The position numbers and the translations under genes are program-made. Of a DNA stretch of 64,000 nucleotides, positions 11,701 through 20,709 are shown in pieces. How positions within the stretch are numbered: position 1 is the stretch's first letter; the number at the start of each line of letters is the position of its first letter. Under the pieces are notes generated by a model that was given only the letters and a program-made list of their open reading frames with translations, had not been told where the DNA came from and did no database searches. The DNA comes from Trypanosoma brucei (taxonomy: Eukaryota), in NCBI GenBank assembly GCA_000002445.1, contig CP000071.1:864001-928000 (forward strand). The letters run 5' to 3'.

Positions 11701-12190
11701 GGGCCTCTTGCGCATACGGAATAAACTTGGGGGATAAACGTGAACCCACAATCACGATGCTAGACAGTGCTTCCATTTGTTCTTCAGTTTTTAGAGTTGT
11801 CAGGAAGTGTGACTCGGCCAGGCGGTCCTGTATGCTGACGCACTCTACCAAACCACATGCATCGTTTTTCACCAACTGCCTTAGAAGCATGACAACTGTA
11901 GGACAAGGTAGCTCTGGAAGCCGGGCTAGATAAACCTTCTTGAGCCTCAACCAGTCTTCTCTTGAACCAACCCCAAGAGCCGAAGCTGACACAAGTAAGT
12001 CCGAAAAGATGTCTTTTGCGGGCAAGTGTTGAACATGACTGTGAAAAGCCTGTTGCTGCTCGTCAAAAGGCGGTTTACGGGGTTGTACTGAGGAAATTTC
12101 CGCTAAGACACCGACGCTTCTCGTCAATATTAACCTCAGCCTCTGTTGTGGCAACATGTATATGTATGTGGGCAGCGCCCTTGAATACAT
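8795..12190 (-). CDS. Large hypothetical protein (~1131 aa), leucine-rich and alpha-helical, possibly HEAT/ARM-like. No catalytic motif recognised.
   Basis: A 3.4 kb uninterrupted frame. The codon at 12193 is TTG, and the first ATG at 12190 is preceded on the minus strand by ttttatctgtttgctttattctgcag (polypyrimidine tract + AG). This is the first gene of the minus-strand unit, next to the strand-switch region. Confidence 0.6.
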   Translation of the reverse strand: MYSRALPTYIYMLPQQRLRLILTRSVGVLAEISSVQPRKPPFDEQQQAFHSHVQHLPAKDIFSDLLVSASALGVGSREDWLRLKKVYLARLPELPCPTVVMLLRQLVKNDACGLVECVSIQDRLAESHFLTTLKTEEQMEALSSIVIVGSRLSPKFIPYAQEALRVIISGAQVELLPELSYVVGCLVTSEDNGISAEAQSSILKELLERVRRVDYTLLTQEKLVYLFWSLSTFCSSIIPVRLVYIEVCEAIVANGIRTGGVESASPRNDLLLLCGLCQIVSVSGSGDRVVPIQSEGVINNVSWPENDCLGCLSPSFTVKLLAILDSVVLTFVHRVVKGEIQNRFIISTVLESLTYCGLTKLQKNAQILFHILLRMLMYNGIDFWLRPLGDAAAVTRAEAIGPLVNVYSVAADVAFLDRLMYRLNFCVFPPVSQCALEKATVKQVRIILEALAYGNLTVNSRKFYLGECFKTVPGIVRNASRWELPRIINAVMKLSIKDNFIWCAIRERSRELGYQHGCRGGGYPQTDTKRHEVSGKCSEEDTNSSDVALQICEKALMLSESEGVPLERLTHSLETLCTCKGMKSSTMTQCAAIVGSLSKLRIPSRGFKPYTAVSTPIFLRLEVLQYPDWGLSLILDGAAAGVSRTVLLNSLSAVGTRLLQNDLGRNRYESAVFYLIAAHELDARYSVLHPHIVGTIRDQQRLQTLPFHILVRLVGALCAFGIDEKCVLERALHGVDSLCVHVVEREKWVEADWRAALVLVNAMWTSAAKAVWKSLIHVTRKLVIVMIKRIRDGEVGVYPLQAALAIATVIINDLDNSSMGYADGKVNDDIVTAFLNIVAPLFSEDGVSFSLPRAEALLRSESGALFPPQCNSLTCSLVVSHALQRLIQMNNDSAKRFTPHAIGLWRFCLKHIEKAPLTDRTLMNTVTFCVRFGGSSQTFDRFMASLVDSGDEVSMLDVCLIAEGLLKNGKRRPIATQFIAHFSQKLPLDNLPAAALCSLLLFFARDAEKVALGLSKVEMLLSLVWASLVLKMDRLAGSGELLKLVETVPANAANPLLRLICDTKAIDDTPTVELVRPLNIVLGWKTNTVSPATVLCFLQKVGASIELREKTDPAECLATEEMKRMIHCYSQ

Positions 12191-12193
12191 CAA

Positions 12194-14179
12194 CCTATAC
12201 TGCAGAATAAAGCAAACAGATAAAAGCGTGGTCTCAAAGGTGGCTCATTTGAATATAAAGCATTGTTACAGCGACAGTCCTCGACTGCTCGTTCCTTCGG
12301 AATAGGCCACCCTCCGCAAGTCCCCCACACCAGAAGATGTGCTACAACGGAAACGAGCAACACCCCTCGCGTCTTTAGCGCACGGTAGGGGACCCGGTGT
12401 ATCTAGAAAGAACGAGGGGGGAAGGGGCCACAGCCGATGCCACTCCTAGTACCTGGTCACCAACTGCCCTCCATAAATTCTAGTCCTTCCTCACAGTGAC
12501 GCATCCCTCCATGCTGTGCCAGCCGTAACGGCCCGCGCACCGCACTCGCAATGTTCTCCAGCTCTGGCCGCAAATCGTAAGTGCAACAGCTCATTACCGT
12601 CGTCATGGCTGTAGTAAGCACCAGTGGTCGGTGCCACGGCTACGTCACCTACCACCTCTAAGACTCCATCATCGGCGGCTTGAGAGCCTCCGGATTCCTG
12701 TGGAAACGGGGCTGACGAGAAGTTCACGACTCCGGTTCACAGCGACAGCGGCATATTCTGCGGCCTCACTGCTAAAATGAAGATCCGCCTCCTTCAAAAA
12801 CAAAGCGCGGTTTTGAAGCAGTAGCTCACCAGGCAAAAAAAGGAACTACTTCGGCCCCCCGTTCAATGACGATCTCCACGGGAACCCAACCTCTTTGGCC
12901 AGTGACGGCGAGGACCCCTCGCGCTTCCACGCTCCGGTATAGTGCTTGCCCTTTCCTCACTCACCAGCGCGACCGCGCTTCTCAAACAGACTCGGCGTTT
13001 GCTGGTTTGGTGCGCCAACAGGTCCATACGCGGCACAATCCCGACGCAGGGAACACACCAGTACGTGGCGTGGCGACTGTGAGTTGGTGCCTGAAGCAGC
13101 ACATTCGTGTCGAACTGGTTTCTTGGGGTGCACGCATAAAGTGCGTGTCTGCCGCTGCAGTCATTAACATAACATTCTCTTTCCATGCCCTTCTCGATGG
13201 TGTTCCCCTTGTATGGGCACCGACGGTCTATCGCTTTACCTCCTTTTTTACTTTTTCTTTTTTAGGGTGGGGAACACAACCACCATGCACCATGCTACAG
13301 GGGTAGCGAACGGCAGCTATCACTCGCATGCCCACTTTCCGGGGACGGTATGAGCGTTCCAAGGTGACTCCTTTTTGCTTAGCAACAGAGGCAGGGAGGG
13401 ACCGCCACGAGCTGGATCGGCACAGCCGAACGTCGCGCCGCATGGCCGTATACGGGACTGGTTGACCTCCGCGCTGGCTGACGCCGGCCTATGAGTTCAA
13501 AGATCGAGAGCTGGAGCGTTTTCTCTCTTTGACCCACGGCTGGTCGTGGCGTTCTAATCCTACGTTGTGGCAGGAGGAGGGTGTGGAGTTCACTTTCCTC
13601 CGGGTGCGAGAAGGCGCCCTAATAGGGAAGATAGCTTGTGAATGCTTTCCCTTCTGGTGTGTTACCAGTCGGTGTCTGCTCTAAGCGGGGATGCCTGTGA
13701 GACGCGTTGGGTGCCGGCGCAGCAACGTGATTCTCTGTGGGCGTAGCCGTTGGTGGGGCGCGTAGCTTTATCTCTGGGGATGCTTAGTGTGCCACCACCA
13801 GTCTCGTGAGAGGGGTGTCGTGAATTTCCGCTGTCGGTGATGTTGGGGATTTTCGTTGTGTTTTCATCATGCCAGGGTGGGTAGGGGAGTTTTTTTTTTC
13901 GTTTTGAATGATGGTACGACCCGTGCGTCTGTGTCGGGGGTTGGGCAGGTCGTATTAATCTAGCTTTTCATTGCATTGATTTGCACGTCATTATTTTTAT
14001 TATTGATGTGTAGGAAACGTTGATGTACTTACGTGCTTGCAAGCACGCAGGCGCGTAAACTCTTCTCGTCTATACCAATTTAATGTTTTCATTTGCTTGT
14101 ATTAACACACATTGAATCCCGCCATATGGGGTCAAGTTTGTGGTACCCCACTGAGTTGCTAAGCGACAAATAGAGTTGA
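12194..14179. promoter_or_regulatory. Divergent strand-switch region between a minus-strand and a plus-strand polycistronic unit; candidate bidirectional RNA polymerase II transcription start zone.
   Basis: Minus-strand genes start at <=12190 and plus-strand genes start at >=14180. The plus strand is C/A-rich from 12250 to 12700 (so GT-rich on the minus strand) and becomes G/T-rich from 13450 to 13960 (ggtgtggag, gttggtggggcg, ggtgggtaggggagtttttttttt). This is a mirrored skew on the two coding strands. No convincing ORF inside. Confidence 0.5.
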
Positions 14180-15448
14180 ATGATGTCGAGTTTATTAGCG
14201 GACACTCAGTTTTCGGGGAGGGCAGGCTTACTCTCGTGGATCAACAAAATGTGCTCAGCGCAGTACCCTAGCGTTGTGTCGTTGCGCGACGGTGCTGCGT
14301 ATTGTAGTGTCGTTGATGCTACTGCTAACCGTGTTGCAGAGAACTGCGCAGCATTTGGCGTACCTGAACTTACTGTTTATCAGAAGCGTGCGAAACGGTC
14401 GTCACAGCTTCTTGCTCGAGTTTCATGGGGGGCAACCCTAGCAACTTGCGCCAACCAGGATCCCTCTCTGGACAGCATTAAGGAACGAAATCAGTGTGAA
14501 AGGAACATGCAAACGCTGCAAATTATGCTTTACGAGTGCCTGCCACCGGAGTTTTCTTTGGAGATAGACGTGCCGCGCTTGGCATGTGGTAAACTGCAAG
14601 ATCACGTGCAGCTGCTGAAGCGGATGCACATCATTGTAGGTAAACTTTTGACGTTATTTTCGAAACAGAGTCTTGAGCTAAGGATCCGATCGTCCAGCAA
14701 CTTCGGATGTGTGGAAGGTGTGAGAATAACGCGGGCAATGATGCTCCATCGTAAAGCATCACAAAAATATATAAACGACCATTCTCCTAGTCGGCTTAAG
14801 AGGGAAGATGCCGGCATTTTTGGCGATACTCGTGGTCATTTAAGCCTGAGTACAAATCAGAAAAGTGCTCCCAGGTGCGGTAATGACAATGTTATGCCCG
14901 TAACTCCTGGAAGATATACAGTATTATCTAAAGGACAAAAAGGACCCCCTAATTCCAGGGGGACACATTCTGCTGAAGGGACTGAGCTGCGCAGCAGCCT
15001 TTTTTCGACAGCAGGTTCTGATGGTTGTGGTTCCCTTGAATCCCGCTGCAGCTCAACTACGGGGATGTCAAAACCTTTTTTTACAGTACCCCAAAGGTAC
15101 TGTCATCTGCTTGGCGATTTACGGCAAGAGGTTGAGTCATACGAGGCCCTAGTGCAGGCCTCGCAGGGCCGGCATCAGCGGGGCCTCTTGGCAGGTGAAT
15201 GTGGTAGTAACGATGATGCCCAGATGGTGGAACGAAGTGGTATTAGCACGTTTCATGGGGATGCGCCAGTTGTATGCTTGGAGAGCTTGGGCACACTATC
15301 TGGGAAGAGGGATAAGCTTTGGCAAACTCTTAGTGTGATACATGGCACCGCAGCTCACAGGGCAACTGAATTGGGTATAGGGGGCAACGGTAAAGCGTCA
15401 GCGCCGCCCTTGCTAGGAGATATCTTGTCAGCACTAACCTTGCAGTAG
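14180..15448 (+). CDS. Hypothetical protein (422 aa) with an N-terminal EB1-type calponin-homology-like motif.
   Basis: True ATG ATG start at 14180. Residues 13-50 (GRAGLLSWINKMCSAQYPSVVSLRDGAAYCSVVD) match, as I recall it, the EB1/MAPRE CH-domain core ([31 protein letters not shown]). The rest is not recognisably EB1 and has no EEY tail. First gene of the plus-strand unit. Confidence 0.5.
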   Translation: MMSSLLADTQFSGRAGLLSWINKMCSAQYPSVVSLRDGAAYCSVVDATANRVAENCAAFGVPELTVYQKRAKRSSQLLARVSWGATLATCANQDPSLDSIKERNQCERNMQTLQIMLYECLPPEFSLEIDVPRLACGKLQDHVQLLKRMHIIVGKLLTLFSKQSLELRIRSSSNFGCVEGVRITRAMMLHRKASQKYINDHSPSRLKREDAGIFGDTRGHLSLSTNQKSAPRCGNDNVMPVTPGRYTVLSKGQKGPPNSRGTHSAEGTELRSSLFSTAGSDGCGSLESRCSSTTGMSKPFFTVPQRYCHLLGDLRQEVESYEALVQASQGRHQRGLLAGECGSNDDAQMVERSGISTFHGDAPVVCLESLGTLSGKRDKLWQTLSVIHGTAAHRATELGIGGNGKASAPPLLGDILSALTLQ

Positions 15449-17699
15449 GGTACTGGAAAGATTCTAGTGGCTATGTGGTGGATTGTTCCCGCACATTTTG
15501 ATACATATATTTTTTTCTTAGTGCTGTCTTAAATATTTATTTCATTTACTCCCCCTCTTTGTTCGCTCTACTACAATTGTGCTTGCTGGTACTATACCCG
15601 ATACTAGTGAAAGTATTTCTTGCACGTGTCCTCTCTTCACCACGGTAGGATGTCTTTCAAAAAAGTCTTATCGTGTAGAATATTCACGGAGATACGACGG
15701 GTTTACATGTGGCGTTTGTTCTACCTAGGATATCTATTCTAATGGTGACTTGAAGATCATTGTTGTGGGAATTTTTGACTGCTGTTAACTTCCCCTCCAA
15801 TTGTCGCTGGTGAACTGTGAAATTGGATTTCCATATCTGTACGTCTGTAGGAAACACATCAGCAAACCTCTATTACTGGCTTACGCACTTTTTCTGCTAT
15901 CGATGTTGATGTTTCTGGGAGCTATCGGGGCAAGTGCTGTGTCGCCCGACTTTTTTTTTTTGAAACAGATATCATTTGAATGTTGACGTTTGCTTGGTTT
16001 ACTTGGTGTTACCGAATCTCTCGTGTTCACCATGGAGTGTGGAGCATTGTATGCTGCGACGGTGCTAAGTATCACTGACAGTGAGGGCACGCGTGAATTA
16101 CGGTGGAGCACATTATATAGGCTTTTCTCCACACAGTCACTCAGTGCGCCCTCGTGGATTCTTACAAGAGTTCTGCGCTTCCCAACACCAGAGGGTTGGG
16201 AACATAGAAAATGGAAATCTAACTGCAACCAAGCACGGCTTCGTCGCTTCAGTCTACCGGATGCAGTTTTTTTTTTTTTACTTTGCCGTTGGCTGAACTT
16301 CTTTTTTTCTTGTTGTGCCTTGAAGATGCGTTCGGAGTGGAAGGAAGAGAGATGCTCTGGACGTGGGGCCAAGGGTGTGGGATGCCATGAAGAAGTAATT
16401 TCCCGGAGGATGATTGCAAGAATATTGGTTTACATAAATGATCAGCAATAGAATATCTGTTTAGTCACAAGTATAAGGATGTGATTTTGCATTTGCTGAA
16501 TCTGCACCTTTGTTCAGCGAGGCACATATCGGTTGAAGCGTCGTCCAGTGATGTGGGCAGCAGTGTTTTTTTTCTTGATTACTAGGATAGGTTATTAAAC
16601 AACAACGCGATATGAGGAGATATATAACTGTGATACATGTAACCTTCTTTGCATTATTTTTCACAGATGAAAGCAGACACCGTGAGACATCCTGCCTTTG
16701 GTCCTTCAACTTACGTTGAAGGGTGTGTACGTGTGGTGAGGGAAATCCGCTGCGTAAGTTCACTAGATTGGGTAACAGAATAGATCGGCGTATTCTGCGC
16801 GATGCGTTTGCAATGTAATGAATCTTTCCATCAGAACAGGGTGATGCCCACGGGGACTTTAGACATGAAGGCTGTTGATGTCAAGCCTTTTGGGCCTTTT
16901 TTTTTCACCCTTTCTCCGCCTTTTCTACATCGTGCGTATATTCTACGTAGAAGATTTTCATTTACTCCATCGCAACTGGTCGATGTCCGCGGATAATATG
17001 TCATGAAATAACTTTCCTCTCATCATGCCTACCCCGCCATTTTCTCACGACAGCACAGTAGCAGTCACACGCCTAAAAGTCGGCAAACAACATTAAAAAG
17101 GCAAGTATTTAGGAGTTTGTAACTCAAAGATGTATTACGGGTACTTCTGAGTGGATCAGATGAGTACTGTTACACTGGTTACCGCCTGCACGCATGTTCC
17201 GCTGTAGCAGATTATTTCATCAAGTGAAACTTGGGTTCACAAAGGCCCAGCGGGAACACCAACGCAGTAAAAGAATTCGGCCCAACGTCTGCTATCGCCC
17301 GCCCATTTTAAAGAAAAGGAACCAATGATGGAATTGCAGAAGGAATATAATTGGGATACAGTACCATTTAAGAAATAGAAAAAAACAAAAATATGTTGTA
17401 ATAACCATTTCAGGTACTAAATCAGAGAAAAAAAATATAAATATTTAAATAGAAGATCGATACAACAGCAAAACTGTCACACATCTCCAACAAACATGTA
17501 TTACGAGAAACCCATGCTACAACACGTACAGATGAAATGAAGGAAGCGAAGAAAGCTTATAAAAAAATTAAAAGTTTAATAGTGAAATCAGTCATCGACA
17601 GCTGTATCATTATAAGACGGGCTAAAACGCTCATAGAACATTCGTAAAACAATGAAAGACCATAAAAGGATGATTAAAAAACAACAACAACAAAAAAGC

Positions 17700-18493
17700 G
17701 GCTGCAGACGTCCCAGGAATCTTTGTCATCATTTTTTCCTGGGAACTTGGTTCTTGGCGGCCATCTCCACGAGGCTGTAGAAAGTTCGTGGCCAATTCAT
17801 ACGTTCTTCAAACATTTTGGCGTTCTGCCGGAGATATTTTCCTTGGAATCTGGCGAGCCGTCGTGGAGGTCACATGACTACATTGGTCGACCTGAGCATA
17901 TCGAGTCTCTGTATATGCTTTACCGTGCAACACGAGATCCTACATACCTCTTGATGGGAAAAGAACTGGCACTGGCCATTAACTTGCGTATGCGCACACC
18001 ATATGGGTTTTCTTCCGTAAGTGATGTAAGGTACCCGCATCATGATGGTGTTCACAGAGACTCGATGGAGAGTTTCATGATCGCGGAGACCCTGAAATAT
18101 TTGTATCTCTTGTTTGACGAGTGCAACGCTGTTCACATGCAGGGACGGATGGGCGGTCGCGCCTCACCGCATTGTGTTATGGACAGCGGTAGCGGCAGTA
18201 GCGTCAGCCACGTGGGGTGGGTTTTCAACACTGAAGCTCATCTGTTTCCTAATTCTGCCGAGTGGTGGGCGCCTACTTCCTTGGAGACCTTGGACAAGGA
18301 GGCTGAGGATCCCGCTGCTGCGCTCAGGCGCCAGCGTTTGGAGGTAATTGACGGTTTGCTCGCGAGTTTTGAGGAAGTGGACGGTGAGGTTGTTGGGGCG
18401 AATGATAAGGGTGGTGCAGCCCTGTACCAGTTCCACTGTGCCAATCACGCCCTGAGTGATATAGGGAGGCTGTCGAAGTCTGTGTTTCGATAA
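17700..18493 (+). pseudogene. 5'-truncated GH47 alpha-mannosidase copy; C-terminal ~256 codons only, with no in-frame ATG at its start.
   Basis: From 17700 onward (gcggctgcagacgtcccaggaatc) the sequence is near-identical to the 3' part of the full copies (19691-20483). The frame opens with a TTG and ends at the shared stop (...LSKSVFR*). Confidence 0.75.
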
Positions 18494-18716
18494 TTTGTCG
18501 AGGCGCAAGGATGTATTAGCATAGTTTGCGCAGCGTACCGTTCTTGGTTTTCACCCCGTGGTTGCTTGGACTCCTCCCCTGCTTGAAAGTTCTGTTTGTC
18601 CCTCTGTACACGAACTTGCTGTGCGTAACTGCCGTTCTTTATTGCTTTGTGCTTGAGCTGCTTCTCTCCGCTGTTGGCTCCACGATGAATGCTCACGAGG
18701 ATCAACGTTTTTGAAG

Positions 18717-20483
18717 ATGCCGTGGGTTCGTGCTTTACTAGTTCTCGTGACGGTATTTTTTGTCCGTCTTCCGTCCGTGATGAGAGAGGAAAGGTTCCAC
18801 CAGTACGGAAATGGTGAAAGTAGAAAGTTGCATAATGTCAGCGATATGCATCCTATTCAAGCTGAGATGCTTCCTTATGTGCGTGACATGATTGACCACG
18901 CGTTTGGTTCATACATCAAATACGCCTTTCCCAAAGATGAATTGTGTCCTGTGAGTGGTACTGGGAAGAATACGATGGGTGGCTATGGCTGGACCCTTAT
19001 TGACTCTCTCGATACACTAGCAATTGCCGGGTTTCACAAAGAATTTCGTCGCCACGCGAAGTGGGTGGAAGAGCACTTGACCTTCGATATTGACGAATCA
19101 GTGTCGGTATTTGAGACGACTATTCGAGCTCTTGGAGGTCTTCTGGCTGCTCACTTCATGTACGAGGAGGGCATAGTCCCAATTATCCCTTCGGAGCACG
19201 ACTACAACGGCGGGTTCTTGCGGCTCGCTGTGGATCTTGCAGATCGTCTGATGCCCTGTTTTGACACGCCCACTGGGATACCATATGGGGCGATTAATTT
19301 ACGCCGTGGGGTTAGTGGTGGGGAATCGCAGCTGGCCAACACGGCCGGCGCTGGGACGTTGTTAATGGAGATGACGGTACTGTCGAGGATCACAGGCGAT
19401 GAAAAATACGAGCGTGCGGCGCGGCGTGCATCTGAGGCTCTTTTTGCGGCCAGAGATTCTCAAACTGAGCTTATGGGGAATCACATTCATACTCATACAG
19501 GAATTTGGAGACATGGTGAATCATCCGTTGGAGGGAACATTGATAGCGTCATTGAATACTTTATCAAATCACATAGTATGAGTGGGGACATTGGGGACTG
19601 GGAGCGGTTCGAGAGGACTGCGAGAGCTGTGAACCGCTATGTGCGGAAGGGTGGAATGCTGCTAGCAGCTAGCATGTATAGTGGACGGCGGCTGCAGACG
19701 TCCCAGGAATCTTTGTCATCATTTTTTCCTGGGAACTTGGTTCTTGGCGGCCATCTCCACGAGGCTGTAGAAAGTTCGTGGCCAATTCATACGTTCTTCA
19801 AACATTTTGGCGTTCTGCCGGAGATATTTTCCTTGGAATCTGGCGAGCCGTCGTGGATGTCACATGACTACGTTGGTCGACCTGAGCATATCGAGTCTCT
19901 GTATATGCTTTACCGTGCAACACGAGATCCTACATACCTCTTGATGGGAAAAGAACTGGCACTGGCCATTAACTTGCGTATGCGCACGCCATATGGGTTT
20001 TCTTCCGTAAGTGATGTAAGGTACCCGCATCATGATGGTGTTCACAGAGACTCGATGGAGAGTTTCATGATCGCGGAGACCCTGAAATATTTGTATCTCT
20101 TGTTTGACGAGTGCAACGCTGTTCACATGCAGGGACGGATGGGCGGTCGCGCCTCACCGCATTGTGTTATGGACAGCGGTAGCGGCAGTAGCGTCAGCCA
20201 CGTGGGGTGGGTTTTCAACACTGAAGCTCATCTGTTCCCTAATTCTGCCGAGTGGTGGGCGCCTACTTCCTTGGAGACCTTGGACAAGGAGGCTGAGGAT
20301 CCCGCTGCTGCGCTCAGGCGCCAGCGTTTGGAGGTAATTGACGGTTTGCTCGCGAGTTTTGAGGAAGTGGACGGTGAGGTTGTTGGGGCGAATGATAAGG
20401 GTGGTGCAGCCCTGTACCAGTTCCACTGTGCCAATCACGCCCTGAGTGATATAGGGAGGCTGTCGAAGTCTGTGTTTCGATAA
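18717..20483 (+). CDS. GH47 class I alpha-1,2-mannosidase / EDEM-like, array copy 1 (~588 aa from MPWVRALLVLV...).
   Basis: Matches the GH47 core as I recall it from human ER mannosidase I: ...WTLIDSLDTLAIAGFHKEFRRHAKWV..FETTIRALGGLLAAHF against [42 protein letters not shown], plus SMESFMIAETLKYLYLLF and FNTEAHLFP against FNTEAHPLP, and DSVIEYFIK against DSYYEYLLK. It has an N-terminal hydrophobic signal/anchor. The codon at 18711 is TTG and the ATG is at 18717. Its pre-catalytic N-terminal region is unique compared with copies 2-4. Confidence 0.9.
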   Translation: MPWVRALLVLVTVFFVRLPSVMREERFHQYGNGESRKLHNVSDMHPIQAEMLPYVRDMIDHAFGSYIKYAFPKDELCPVSGTGKNTMGGYGWTLIDSLDTLAIAGFHKEFRRHAKWVEEHLTFDIDESVSVFETTIRALGGLLAAHFMYEEGIVPIIPSEHDYNGGFLRLAVDLADRLMPCFDTPTGIPYGAINLRRGVSGGESQLANTAGAGTLLMEMTVLSRITGDEKYERAARRASEALFAARDSQTELMGNHIHTHTGIWRHGESSVGGNIDSVIEYFIKSHSMSGDIGDWERFERTARAVNRYVRKGGMLLAASMYSGRRLQTSQESLSSFFPGNLVLGGHLHEAVESSWPIHTFFKHFGVLPEIFSLESGEPSWMSHDYVGRPEHIESLYMLYRATRDPTYLLMGKELALAINLRMRTPYGFSSVSDVRYPHHDGVHRDSMESFMIAETLKYLYLLFDECNAVHMQGRMGGRASPHCVMDSGSGSSVSHVGWVFNTEAHLFPNSAEWWAPTSLETLDKEAEDPAAALRRQRLEVIDGLLASFEEVDGEVVGANDKGGAALYQFHCANHALSDIGRLSKSVFR

Positions 20484-20709
20484 TTTGTTGAGCCGCAAGG
20501 ATGTATTAGCATAGTTTGCGCAGCGTACCGTTCTTGGTTTTCACCCCGTGGTTGCTTGGACTCCTCCCCTGCTTGAAAGTTCTGTTTGTCCCTCTGTACA
20601 CGAACTTGCTGTGCGTAACTGGCGTTCTTTATTGCTTTGTGCTTGAGCTGCTTCTCTCCCCTGTTGCATAGGAATTTGTATACCGTTTTGGGTTTTGTAG
20701 GCGGTGATT
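20484..20709 (+). promoter_or_regulatory. Intra-array intergenic spacer (~220 bp) that must hold both the polyadenylation site of the upstream copy and the trans-splice acceptor of the downstream copy. It is repeated at 18494-18716, 22504-22729 and 24524-24749.
   Basis: Pyrimidine-rich run (ttcttggttttcaccccgtggttgcttggactcctcccctgcttgaaagttctgtttgtccctctgtacac...ttctctcccctgttgcatag) ending in AG, about 40 nt before the ATG. Confidence 0.5.

Noticed and set aside
12866-13306. 146-aa plus ORF and overlapping minus ORFs inside the strand-switch region
   Set aside because: No splice-acceptor tract and no recognisable sequence. They sit where no steady-state mRNA gene is expected. Judged to be chance ORFs.
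15881-16372. 163-aa minus-strand ORF (K/R/S-rich)
   Set aside because: Minus strand inside a plus-strand unit, basic and low in complexity, and overlaps the slightly more plausible plus-strand small ORF. No supporting signal.
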